64,000 nucleotides of DNA from Eledone cirrhosa (taxonomy: Eukaryota). The notes beneath the pieces are model-generated. The model had not been told where the DNA came from. It worked only from the letters and a program-made list of their open reading frames with translations, and ran no database searches. A program made the position numbers and the translations under genes. The stretch spans positions 35,836,001 to 35,900,000 of the forward strand of contig OZ024750.1 of the NCBI GenBank assembly GCA_964016885.1. Direction: 5' to 3'. Positions 34,401 to 49,529 of the stretch are shown here, one piece after another (the stretch's first letter is position 1; each line of letters begins with the position of its first letter).

Positions 34401-37400
34401 TATATTATACAGTTACTATATTATACAGTTACTATATTATACTGTTACTATATTATACAGTTACTATATTATACAGTTACTATATTATACTGTTACTATA
34501 TTATACTGTTACTATATTATACAGTTACTATATTATACTGTTACTATATTATGTAGTTACTATATTATACTGTTACTATATTATACTGTTACTATATTAT
34601 ACTGTTACTATATTATACTGTTACTATATTATGTAGTTACTATATTATATTGTTACTATATTATACAGTTACTATATTATACTGTTACTATATTATGTAG
34701 TTACTATATTATACAGTTACTATATTATACAGTTACTATATTATACTGTTACTATATTATACAGTTACTATATTATACAGTTACTATATTATACTGTTAC
34801 TATATTATACAGTTACTATATTATGTAGTTACTATATTATACTGTTACTATATTATACTGTTAGTATATTATACAGTTACTATATTATACTGTTACTATA
34901 TTATACTGTTACTATATTATACTGTTACTATATTATACTGTTACTATATTATGTAGTTACTATATTATACAGTTACTATATTATACTGTTACTATATTAT
35001 ACAGTTACTATATTATACAGTTACTATATTATACTGTTACTATATTATACGGTTACTATATTATACAGTTACTATATTATACAGTTACTATATTATACTG
35101 TTACTATATTATACAGTTACTATATTATGTAGTTACTATATTATACTGTTACTATATTATACTGTTACTATATTATACTGTTACAATATTATACAAGTAC
35201 TATATTATACTGTTACTATATTATACTGTTACTATATTATACTGTTACTATATTATGTAGTTACTATATTATGTAGTTACTATATTATACTGTTACTATA
35301 TTATACAGTGACTATATTATACTGTTACTATATTATACAGTTACTATATTATACAGTTGCTATATTATACAGTTACTATATTATACAGTTACTATATTAT
35401 ACAGTTACTATATTATACTGTTACTATATTATACAGTTACTATATTATACAGTTACTATATTATACTGTTACTATATTATACAGTTACTATATTATGTAG
35501 TTACTATATTATAATGTTACTATATTATACTGTTACTATATTATACTGTTACTATATTATACAGTTACTATATTATACAGTTACTATATTATACTGTTAC
35601 TATATTATACAGTTACTATATTATACTGTTACTATATTATACAGTTACTATATTATACTGTTACTATATTATACTATTACTATATTATACTGTTACTATA
35701 TTATACTGTTACTATATTATACTGTTACTATATTATACAGTTACTATATTATACTGTTACTATATTATGTAGTTACTATATTATACTGTTACTATATTAT
35801 ACTGTTACTATATTATACTGTTACTATATTATACTGTTACTATATTATGTAGTTACTATATTATATTGTTACTATATTTTACTGTTACTATATTATACAG
35901 TTACTATATTATACTGTTACTATATTATACAGTTACTATATTATACTGTTACTATATTATACAGTTACTATATTATGTAGTTACTATATTATACTGTTAC
36001 TATATTATACAGTTACTATATTATGTAGTTACTATATTATACTGTTACTATATTATGTAGTTACTATATTATGTAGTTACTATATTATACTGTTACTATA
36101 TTATACAGTTACTATATTATGTAGTTACTATATTATACTGTTACTATATTATGAAGTTACTATATTATGTAGTTACTATATTATACTGTTACTATATTAT
36201 GTAGTTACTATATTATGTAGTTACTATATTATACTGTTACTATATTATACAGTTACTATATTATGTAGTTACTATATTATACTGTTACTATATTATGTAG
36301 TTACTATATTATACTGTTACTATATTATACAGTTACTATATTATACAGTTACTATATTATACTGTTACTATATTATACTGTTACTATATTATGTAGTTAC
36401 TATATTATACTGTTACTATATTATACAGTTACTATATTATACTGTTACTATATTATACTGTTACTATATTATACAGTTACTATATTATGTAGTTACTATA
36501 TTATACTGTTACTATATTATGTAGTTACTATATTATACAGTTACTATATTATACAGTTACTATATTATACAGTTACTATATTATACTGTTACTATATTAT
36601 ACAGTTACTATATTATACTGTTACTATATTATACAGTTACTATATTATACTGTTACTATATTATACAGTTACTATATTATACTGTTACTATATTATACAG
36701 TTACTATATTATACAGTTACTATATTATACTGTTACTATATTATACTGTTACTATATTATACAGTTACTATATTATACTGTTACTATATTATACTGTTAC
36801 TATATTATACAGTTACTATATTATACTGTTTCTATATTATGTAGTTACTATATTATACTGTTACTATATTATGTAGTTACTATATTATACTGTTACTATA
36901 TTATGTAGTTACTATATTATACAGTTACTATATTATACAGTTACTATATTATACTGTTACTATATTATACTGTTACTATATTATACTGTTACTATATTAT
37001 GTAGTTACTATATTATACAGTTACTATATTATGTAGTTACTATATTATACTGTTACTATATTATGTAGTTACTATATTATACAGTTACTATATTATACAG
37101 TTACTATATTATACTGTTACTATATTATACAGTTACTATATTATACTGTTACTATATTATGTAGTTACTATATTATACTGTTACTATATTATGTAGTTAC
37201 TATATTATACAGTTACTATATTATATAGTTACTATATTATACAGTTACTATATTATACAATTACTATATTATACTGTTACTATATTATACAGTTACTATA
37301 TTATACTGTTACTATATTATACTGTTACTATATTATACTGTTACTATATTATACTGTTACTATATTATGTAGTTACTATATTATACAGTTACTATATTAT

Positions 37401-40400
37401 ACTGTTACTATATTATACAGTTACTATATTATACAGTTACTATATTATATTGTTACTATATTATACGGTTACTATATTATACAGTTACTATATTATACAG
37501 TTACTATATTATACTGTTACTATATTGTACAGTTACTATATTATACAGTTACTATATTATACTGTTACTATATTATGTAGTTACTATATTATACAGTTAC
37601 TATATTATACTGTTACTATATTATACTGTTACTATATTATACTGTTACTATATTATACAGTTACTATATTATACTGTTACTATATTATACTGTTACTATA
37701 TTATACAGTTACTATATTATACTGTTACTATATTATGTAGTTACTATATTATACTGTTACTATATTATACAGTTACTATATTATACTGTTACTATATTAT
37801 ACAGTTACTATATTATACAGTTACTATATTATACAGTTACTATATTATACAGTTACTATATTATACAGTTACTATATTATACTGTTACTATATTATACAG
37901 TTACTATATTATGTAGTTACTATATTATACTGTTACTATATTATACTGTTACTATATTATACTGTTACAATATTATACAAGTACTATATTATACTGTTAC
38001 TATATTATACTGTTACTATATTATACTGTTACTATATTATGTAGTTACTATATTATGTAGTTACTATATTATACTGTTACTATATTATACAGTTACTATA
38101 TTATACTGTTACTATATTATACAGTTACTATATTATACAGTTGCTATATTATACAGTTACTATATTATACAGTTACTATATTATACAGTTACTATATTAT
38201 ACTGTTACTATATTATACAGTTACTATATTATACAGTTACTATATTATACTGTTACTATATTATACAGTTACTATATTATGTAGTTACTATATTATACTG
38301 TTACTATATTATACTGTTACTATATTATACTGTTACTATATTATACAGTTACTATATTATACAGTTACTATATTATACAGTTACTATATTATACAGTTAC
38401 TATATTATACTGTTACTATATTATACAGTTACTATATTATACTGTTACTATATTATACAGTTACTATATTATACTGTTACTACATTATACTATTACTATA
38501 TTATACTGTTACTATATTATACTGTTACTATATTATACTGTTACTATATTATACCGTTACTATATTATACTGTTACTATATTATGTAGTTACTATATTAT
38601 ACTGTTACTATATTATACTGTTACTATATTATACTGTTACTATATTATACTGTTACTATATTATACTGTTACTATATTATGTAGTTACTATATTATATTG
38701 TTACTATATTATACTGTTACTATATTATACAGTTACTATATTATACTGTTACTATATTATACAGTTACTATATTATACTGTTACTATATTATACAGTTAC
38801 TATATTATGTAGTTACTATATTATACTGTTACTATATTATACAGTTACTATATTATGTAGTTACTATATTATACTGTTACTATATTATGTAGTTACTATA
38901 TTATGTAGTTACTATATTATACTGTTACTATATTATACAGTTACTATATTATGTAGTTACTATATTATACTGTTACTATATTATGAAGTTACTATATTAT
39001 GTAGTTACTATATTATACTGTTACTATATTATGTAGTTACTATTATGTAGTTACTATATTATACTGTTACTATATTATTACAGTTACTATATTATGTAGT
39101 TACTATATTATACTGTTACTATATTATGAAGTTACTATATTATGTAGTTACTATATTATACTGTTACTATATTATGTAGTTACTATATTATGTAGTTACT
39201 ATATTATACTGTTACTATATTATACAGTTACTATATTATGTAGTTACTATATTATACTGTTACTATATTATGTAGTTACTATATTATACTGTTACTATAT
39301 TATACAGTTACTATATTATACAGTTACTATATTATACTGTTACTATATTATACTGTTACTATATTATGTAGTTACTATATTATACTGTTACTATATTATA
39401 CAGTTACTATATTATACTGTTACTATATTATACTGTTACTATATTATACTGTTACTATATTATACAGTTACTATATTATGTAGTTACTATATTATACTGT
39501 TACTATATTATGTAGTTGCTATATTATACAGTTACTATATTATACAGTTACTATATTATACAGTTACTATATTATACTGTTACTATATTATACAGTTACT
39601 ATATTATACTGTTACTATATTATACAGTTACTATATTATACTGTTACTATATTATACAGTTACTATATTATACTGTTACTATATTATACAGTTACTATAT
39701 TATACAGTTACTATATTATACTGTTACTATATTATACTGTTACTATATTATACAGTTACTATATTATACTGTTACTATATTATACTGTTACTATATTATA
39801 CAGTTACTATATTATACTGTTTCTATATTATGTAGTTACTATATTATACTGTTACTATATTATGTAGTTACTATATTATACTGTTACTATATTATGTAGT
39901 TACTATATTATACAGTTACTATATTATACAGTTACTATATTATACTGTTACTATATTATACAGTTACTATATTATACTGTTACTATATTATGTAGTTACT
40001 ATATTATACTGTTACTATATTATGTAGTTACTATATTATACAGTTACTATATTATATAGTTACTATATTATACAGTTACTATATTATACAATTACTATAT
40101 TATACTGTTACTATATTATACAGTTACTATATTATACTGTTACTATATTATACTGTTACTATATTATACTGTTACTATATTATACTGTTACTATATTATG
40201 TAGTTACTATATTATACAGTTACTATATTATACTGTTACTATATTATACAGTTACTATATTATACAGTTACTATATTATACTGTTACTATATTATACGGT
40301 TACTATATTATACAGTTACTATATTATACAGTTACTATATTATACTGTTACTATATTGTACAGTTACTATATTATACAGTTACTATATTATACTGTTACT

Positions 40401-41820
40401 ATATTATGTAGTTACTATATTATACAGTTACTATATTATACTGTTACTATATTATACTGTTACTATATTATACTGTTACTATATTATACAGTTACTATAT
40501 TATACTGTTACTATATTATACTGTTACTATATTATACAGTTACTATATTATACTGTTACTATATTATGTAGTTACTATATTATACTGTTACTATATTATA
40601 CAGTTACTATGTTATACTGTTACTATATTATACAGTTACTATATTATACAGTTACTATATTATACAGTTACTATATTATACAGTTACTATATTATACAGT
40701 TACTATATTATACTGTTACTATATTATACAGTTACTATATTATGTAGTTACTATATTATACTGTTACTATATTATACTGTTACTATATTATACTGTTACA
40801 ATATTATACAAGTACTATATTATACTGTTACTATATTATACTGTTACTATATTATACTGTTACTATATTATGTAGTTACTATATTATGTAGTTACTATAT
40901 TATACTGTTACTATATTATACAGTTACTATATTATACTGTTACTATATTATACAGTTACTATATTATACAGTTGCTATATTATACAGTTACTATATTATA
41001 CAGTTACTATATTATACAGTTACTATATTATACTGTTACTATATTATACAGTTACTATATTATACAGTTACTATATTATACTGTTACTATATTATACAGT
41101 TACTATATTATGTAGTTACTATATTATACTGTTACTATATTATACTGTTACTATATTATACTGTTACTATATTATACAGTTACTATATTATACAGTTACT
41201 ATATTATACAGTTACTATATTATACAGTTACTATATTATACTGTTACTATATTATACAGTTACTATATTATACTGTTACTATATTATACAGTTACTATAT
41301 TATACTGTTACTATATTATACTATTACTATATTATACTGTTACTATATTATACTGTTACTATATTATACTGTTACTATATTATACCGTTACTATATTATA
41401 CTGTTACTATATTATGTAGTTACTATATTATACTGTTACTATATTATACTGTTACTATATTATACTGTTACTATATTATACTGTTACTATATTATACTGT
41501 TACTATATTATGTAGTTACTATATTATATTGTTACTATATTATACTGTTACTATATTATACAGTTACTATATTATACTGTTACTATATTATACAGTTACT
41601 ATATTATACTGTTACTATATTATACAGTTACTATATTATGTAGTTAGTATATTATACTGTTACTATATTATACAGTTACTATATTATGTAGTTACTATAT
41701 TATACTGTTACTATATTATGTAGTTACTATATTATGTAGTTACTATATTATACTGTTACTATATTATACAGTTACTATATTATGTAGTTACTATATTATA
41801 CTGTTACTATATTATGAAGT
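25477..41820 (+). repeat. 16-bp satellite, domain 2, with irregular higher-order blocks (offsets 2352, 3760, 2831, 5889)
   Basis: Same monomer and orientation as domain 1. Marker (TACAATATTA)TACAAGTAC at about 25497, 27848, 29304, 32344, 34217, 35193, 37977 and 40808. TGAAGTT and GTTGCTA monomers appear here. Identical or near-identical repeat ORF pairs: 25558/27910, 33690/37450, 38698/41529, 29977/35866. Confidence 0.95.
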
Positions 41821-44800
41821 TACTATATTATGTAGTTACTAATTATACTGTTACTATATTATGTAGTTACTATATTATACTGTTACTATATTATACAGTT
41901 ACTATATTATGTATTTACTATATATACTGTTACTATATTATGTAGTTACTATATTATACTGTTACTATATTATACAGTTACTATATTATACAGTTACTAT
42001 ATTATACTGTTACTATATTATACTGTTACTATATTATGTAGTTACTATATTATACTGTTACTATATTATACAGTTACTATATTATACTGTTACTATATTA
42101 TACTGTTACTATATTATACTGTTACTATATTATACTGTTACTATATTATACAGTTACTATATTATACTGTTACTATATTATGTAGTTACTATATTATACT
42201 GTTACTATATTATACAGTTACTATATTATACTGTTACTAAATTATACTGTTACTATATTATACAGTTACTATATTATACTGTTACTATATTATATAGTTA
42301 CTATATTATACTGTTACTATATTATACAGTTACTGTATTATACTGTTACTATATTATACTGTTACTATATTATACAATTACTATATTATACAGTTACTAT
42401 ATTATACTGTTACTATATTATACTGTTACTATATTATACAGTTACTATATTATACTGTTACTATATTATACTGTTACTATATTATACTGTTACTATATTA
42501 TACTGTTACTATATTATACTGTTACTATATTATACAGTTACTATATTATGTAGTTACTATATTGTACTGTTACTATATTATACTGTTACTACTATTATAC
42601 AGTTACTATATTATACTGTTACTATATTATACAGTTACTATATTATACTGTTACTATATTATGTAGTTACTATATTATACTGTTACTATATTATACTGTT
42701 ACTATATTATACAGTTACTATATTATGTAGTTACTATATTATACTGTTACTATATTATACTGTTACTATATCATACAGTTACTATATTATACTGTTACTG
42801 TATTATACAGTTACTATATTATACTGTTACTATATTATGTAGTTACTATATTATACTGTTACTATATTATGTAGTTACTATATTATGTAGTTACTATATT
42901 ATACTGTTACTATATTATGTAGTTACTATATTATACAGTTACTATATTATGTAGTTACTATATTATACTGTTACTATATTATGTAGTTACTATATTATGT
43001 AGTTACTATATTATACTGTTACTATATTATACAGTTACTATATTATACTGTTACTGTATTATACAGTTACTATATTATACTGTTACTATATTATGTAGTT
43101 ACTATATTATACTGTTACTATATTATACAGTTACTATATTATGTAGTTAGTGTATTATACTGTTACTATATTATGTAGTTACTATATTATACTGTTACTA
43201 TATTATACTGTTACTATATTTTACTGTTACTATATTATGTAGTTACTATATTATGTAGTTACTATATGATACTGTTACTATATTATACAGTTACTATATT
43301 ATGCTGTTACTATATTATACTGTTACTATATTATGCAGTTACTATATTATACAGTTACTATATTATACAGTTACTATATTATACTGTAATTATATTAAGT
43401 ATTTACTATATTATACTGTTACTATATTATACAGTTACTATATTATACAGTTACTATATTATACTGTTACTATATTATACAGTTACTATATTATACAATT
43501 ACTATATTATAATATTACTATATTATACTGTTACTATATTATACAGTTACTATATTATACTGTTACTATATTATACTGTTACTATATTATGTAGTTACTA
43601 TATTATACTTTTACTATATTATACTGTTACTATATTATACAGTTACTATATTATACTGTTACTATATTATACAGTTACTATATTATACTGTTACTATATT
43701 ATGTAGTTACTATATTATACTGTTACTATATTATGTAGTTACTATATTATACAGTTACTATATTATATAGTTACTATATTATACAGTTACTATATTATAC
43801 AGTTACTATATTATGCTGTTACTATATTATACAGTTACTATATTATACTGTTACTATATTATACTGTTACTATATGATACTGTTACTATATTATACTGTT
43901 ACTATATTATGTAGTTACTATATTATACAGTTACTATATTATACTGTTACTATATTATACAGTTACTATATTATACAGTTACTATATTATACTGTTACTA
44001 TATTATACGGTTACTATATTATACAGTTACTATATTATACAGTTACTATATTATACTGTTACTATATTGTACAGTTACTATATTATACAGTTACTATATT
44101 ATACTGTTACTATATTATGTAGTTACTATATTATACAGTTACTATATTATACTGTTACTATATTATACTGTTACTATATTATACTGTTACTATATTATAC
44201 AGTTACTATATTATACTGTTACTATATTATACTGTTACTATATTATACAGTTACTATATTATGTAGTTACTATATTATACTATTACTATATTATACAGTT
44301 ACTATATTATGTAGTTACTATATTATACTGTTACTATATTATGTAGTTACTATATTATGTAGTTACTATATTATACTGTTACTATATTATACAGTTACTA
44401 TATTATGTAGTTACTATATTATACTGTTACTATATTATGAAGTTACTATATTATGTAGTTACTATATTATACTGTTACTATATTATGTAGTTACTATATT
44501 ATGTAGTTACTATATTATACTGTTGCTATATTATACAGTTACTATATTATGTAGTTACTATATTATACTGTTACTATATTATGTAGTTACTATATTATAC
44601 TGTTACTATATTATACAGTTACTATATTATACAGTTACTATATTATACTGTTACTATATTATACTGTTACTATATTATGTAGTTACTATATTATACTGTT
44701 ACTATATTATACAGTTACTATATTATACTGTTACTATATTATACTGTTACTATATTATACTGTTACTATATTATACTGTTACTATATTATACAGTTACTA

Positions 44801-47800
44801 TATTATACTGTTACTATATTATGTAGTTACTATAGTATACTGTTACTATATTATACAGTTACTATATTATACTGTTACTAAATTATACTGTTACTATATT
44901 ATACAGTTACTATATTATACTGTTACTATATTATACAGTTACTATATTATACTGTTACTATATTATACAGTTACTATATTATACTGTTACTATATTATAC
45001 TGTTACTATATTATACAATTACTATATTATACAGTTACTATATTATACTGTTACTATATTATACTGTTACTATATTATACAGTTACTATATTATACTGTT
45101 ACTATATTATACTGTTACTATATTATACTGTTACTATATTATACTGTTATATTATACAATTACTATATTATGTAGTTACTATATTATACTGTTACTATAT
45201 TATACTGTTACTATATTATGCAGTTACTATATTATACTGTTACTATATTATACAGTTACTATATTATACTGTTACTATATTATGTAGTTACTATATTATA
45301 CTGTTACTATATTATACTGTTACTATATTATACAGTTACTATATTATGTAGTTACTATATTATACTGTTACTATATTATGTAGTTACTATATTATGTAGT
45401 TACTATATTATACTGTTACTATATTATACAGTTACTATATTATGTAGTTACTGTATTATACTGTTACTATATTATGTAGTTACTATATTATACTGTTACT
45501 ATATTATGTAGTTACTATATTATACTGTTACTATATTATACAGTTACTATATTATACAGTTACTATATTATACTGTTACTATATTATACTGTTACTATAT
45601 TATGTAGTTACTATATTATACTGTTACTATATTATACAGTTACTATATTATACTGTTACTATATTATACTGTTACTATATTATACTGTTACTATATTATA
45701 CTGTTACTATATTATACAGTTACTATATTATACTGTTACTATATTATGTAGTTACTATATTATACTGTTACTATATTATACAGTTACTATATTATACTGT
45801 TACTAAATTATACTGTTACTATATTATACAGTTACTATATTATACTGTTACTATATTATACAGTTACTATATTATACTGTTACTATATTATACAGTTACT
45901 GTATTATACTGTTACTATATTATACTGTTACTATATTATACAGTTACTATATTATACAGTTACTATATTATACTGTTACTATATTATACTGTTACTATAT
46001 TATACTGTTACTATATTATACTGTTACTATATTATACAGTTACTATATTATGTAGTTACTATATTGTACTGTTACTATATTATACTGTTACTATATTATA
46101 CAGTTACTATATTATACTGTTACTATATTATACAGTTACTATATTATACTGTTACTATATTATGTAGTTACTATATTATACTGTTACTATATTATACTGT
46201 TACTATATTATACAGTTACTATATTATGTAGTTACTATATTATACTGTTACTATATTATACTGTTACTATATCATACAGTTACTATATTATACTGTTACT
46301 GTATTATACAGTTACTATATTATACTGTTACTATATTATGTAGTTACTATATTATACTGTTACTATATTATGTAGTTACTATATTATGTAGTTACTATAT
46401 TATACTGTTACTATATTATGTAGTTACTATATTATACAGTTACTATATTATGTAGTTACTATATTATACTGTTACTATATTATGTAGTTACTATATTATG
46501 TAGTTACTATATTATACTGTTACTATATTATACAGTTACTATATTATACTGTTACTGTATTATACAGTTACTATATTATACTGTTACTATATTATGTAGT
46601 TACTATATTATACTGTTACTATATTATACAGTTACTATATTATGTAGTTAGTGTATTATACTGTTACTATATTATGTAGTTACTATATTATACTGTTACT
46701 ATATTATACTGTTACTATATTTTACTGTTACTATATTATGTAGTTACTATATTATGTAGTTACTATATGATACTGTTACTATATTATACAGTTACTATAT
46801 TATGCTGTTACTATATTATACTGTTACTATATTATGCAGTTACTATATTATACAGTTACTATGTTATACTGTTACTATATTATACAGTTACTATATTATA
46901 CTGTAATTATATTAAGTAGTTACTATATTATACTGTTACTATATTATACAGTTACTATATTATACAGTTACTATATTATACTGTTACTATATTATACAGT
47001 TACTATATTATACAATTACTATATTATAATATTACTATATTATACTGTTACTATATTATACAGTTACTATATTATACTGTTACTATATTATACTGTTACT
47101 ATATTATGTAGTTACTATATTATACTTTTACTATATTATACTGTTACTATATTATACAGTTACTATATTATACTGTTACTATATTATACAGTTACTATAT
47201 TATACTGTTACTATATTATGTAGTTACTATATTATACTGTTACTATATTATGTAGTTACTATATTATACAGTTACTATATTATATAGTTACTATATTATA
47301 CAGTTACTATATTATACAGTTACTATATTATGCTGTTACTATATTATACAGTTACTATATTATACTGTTACTATATTATACTGTTACTATATGATACTGT
47401 TACTATATTATACTGTTACTATATTATGTAGTTACTATATTATACAGTTACTATATTATACTGTTACTATATTATACAGTTACTATATTATACAGTTACT
47501 ATATTATACTGTTACTATATTATACGGTTACTATATTATACAGTTACTATATTATACAGTTACTATATTATACTGTTACTATATTGTACAGTTACTATAT
47601 TATACAGTTACTATATTATACTGTTACTATATTATGTAGTTACTATATTATACAGTTACTATATTATACTGTTACTATATTATACTGTTACTATATTATA
47701 CTGTTACTATATTATACAGTTACTATATTATACTGTTACTATATTATACTGTTACTATATTATACAGTTACTATATTATGTAGTTACTATATTATACTAT

Positions 47801-49326
47801 TACTATATTATACAGTTACTATATTATGTAGTTACTATATTATACTGTTACTATATTATGTAGTTACTATATTATGTAGTTACTATATTATACTGTTACT
47901 ATATTATACAGTTACTATATTATGTAGTTACTATATTATACTGTTACTATATTATGAAGTTACTATATTATGTAGTTACTATATTATACTGTTACTATAT
48001 TATGTAGTTACTATATTATGTAGTTACTATATTATACTGTTGCTATATTATACAGTTACTATATTATGTAGTTACTATATTATACTGTTACTATATTATG
48101 TAGTTACTATATTATACTGTTACTATATTATACAGTTACTATATTATACAGTTACTATATTATACTGTTACTATATTATACTGTTACTATATTATGTAGT
48201 TACTATATTATACTGTTACTATATTATACAGTTACTATATTATACTGTTACTATATTATACTGTTACTATATTATACTGTTACTATATTATACTGTTACT
48301 ATATTATACAGTTACTATATTATACTGTTACTATATTATGTAGTTACTATATTATACTGTTACTATATTATACAGTTACTATATTATACTGTTACTAAAT
48401 TATACTGTTACTATATTATACAGTTACTATATTATACTGTTACTATATTATACAGTTACTATATTATACTGTTACTATATTATACAGTTACTATATTATA
48501 CTGTTACTATATTATACTGTTACTATATTATACAATTACTATATTATACAGTTACTATATTATACTGTTACTATATTATACTGTTACTATATTATACAGT
48601 TACTATATTATACTGTTACTATATTATACTGTTACTATATTATACTGTTACTATATTATACTGTTATTATATTATACAATTACTATATTATGTAGTTACT
48701 ATATTATACTGTTACTATATTATACTGTTACTATATTATGCAGTTACTATATTATACTGTTACTATATTATACAGTTACTATATTATACTGTTACTATAT
48801 TATGTAGTTACTATATTATACTGTTACTATATTATACTGTTACTATATTATACAGTTACTATATTATGTAGTTACTATATTATACTGTTACTATATTATG
48901 TAGTTACTATATTATGTAGTTACTATATTATACTGTTACTATATTATACAGTTACTATATTATGTAGTTACTGTATTATACTGTTACTATATTATGTAGT
49001 TACTATATTATACTGTTACTATATTATACTGTTACTATATTTTACTGTTACTATATTATGTAGTTACTATATTATGTAGTTACTATATTATACTGTTACT
49101 ATATTATACAGTTACTATATTATACTGTTACTATATTATACTGTTACTATATTATGCAGTTACTATATTATACAGTTACTATATTATACTGTTACTATAT
49201 TATACAGTTACTATATTATACTGTTATTATATTATGTAGTTACTATATTATACTGTTACTATATTATACAGTTACTATATTATACAGTTACTATATTATA
49301 CTGTTACTATATTATACAGTTACTAT

Positions 49327-49342
49327 ATTATACAATTACTAT
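49327..49342 (+). repeat. Left target-site duplication ATTATACAATTACTAT (right copy 49530-49545)
   Basis: The same 16-mer lies on both sides of the insert and carries the rare G>A variant (ACAATT instead of ACAGTT). The match is therefore more than the background periodicity. Confidence 0.8.
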
Positions 49343-49529
49343 GGCGGTGGATTGGCAGTATCGGTAGAGGTTCGGACGCCATGCTTTGACGCATAGAGTT
49401 ACGGCCCTTGCCATTCTGAGTTCAAATCCCGCCGAGGTTAACTTTGCCTTTCATCCTTACGGGGTCGATAAAATAAAGTACCAGTAATGTACTGGGTAAT
49501 TTTCTGGCCTTGTGCCAATAGTAGAAACA
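49343..49529 (+). mobile_element. 187-bp tRNA-derived SINE-like retroposon, copy 1
   Basis: Non-satellite, GC-richer insert starting GGCGGTGGATTGGCAGTATCGG. A-box-like TGGCAGTATCGG at 49353-49364 and B-box-like AGTTCAAATCC at 49419-49429. The 5' GGCGG can pair with CCGCC at 49429-49433. A tRNA-unrelated body and AT-rich end follow. It has flanking direct repeats and no terminal inverted repeats. Confidence 0.88.
49353..49429 (+). promoter_or_regulatory. Putative internal RNA polymerase III type 2 promoter (A box 49353-49364, B box 49419-49429); also at 56484-56560
   Basis: The B box fits GTTCRANNC. The A box is an imperfect match to TRGCNNARYGG and starts 10 nt inside the element. Activity is unknown. 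Confidence 0.65.

Noticed and set aside
49343-49435. Functional tRNA gene
   Set aside because: It has A/B-box-like motifs but only a ~5-bp acceptor-like pairing. I could not fold a convincing T stem or anticodon arm, and it is followed by a non-tRNA body and a target-site duplication, which fits a SINE head.
49369-49477. Second B-box-like GGTTCGGACGCC (49369-49380) and AATAAA (49472-49477) in the insert
   Set aside because: The first mismatches GTTCRANNC and lies too close to the A box. The hexamer has no associated gene, so neither is supported as functional.
49343-49529. Hammerhead ribozyme or retrozyme in the insert
   Set aside because: CTGAGTT does not match the CUGANGA core, and I saw no properly placed GAAA with supporting stems. 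An Infernal/Rfam scan would be definitive.
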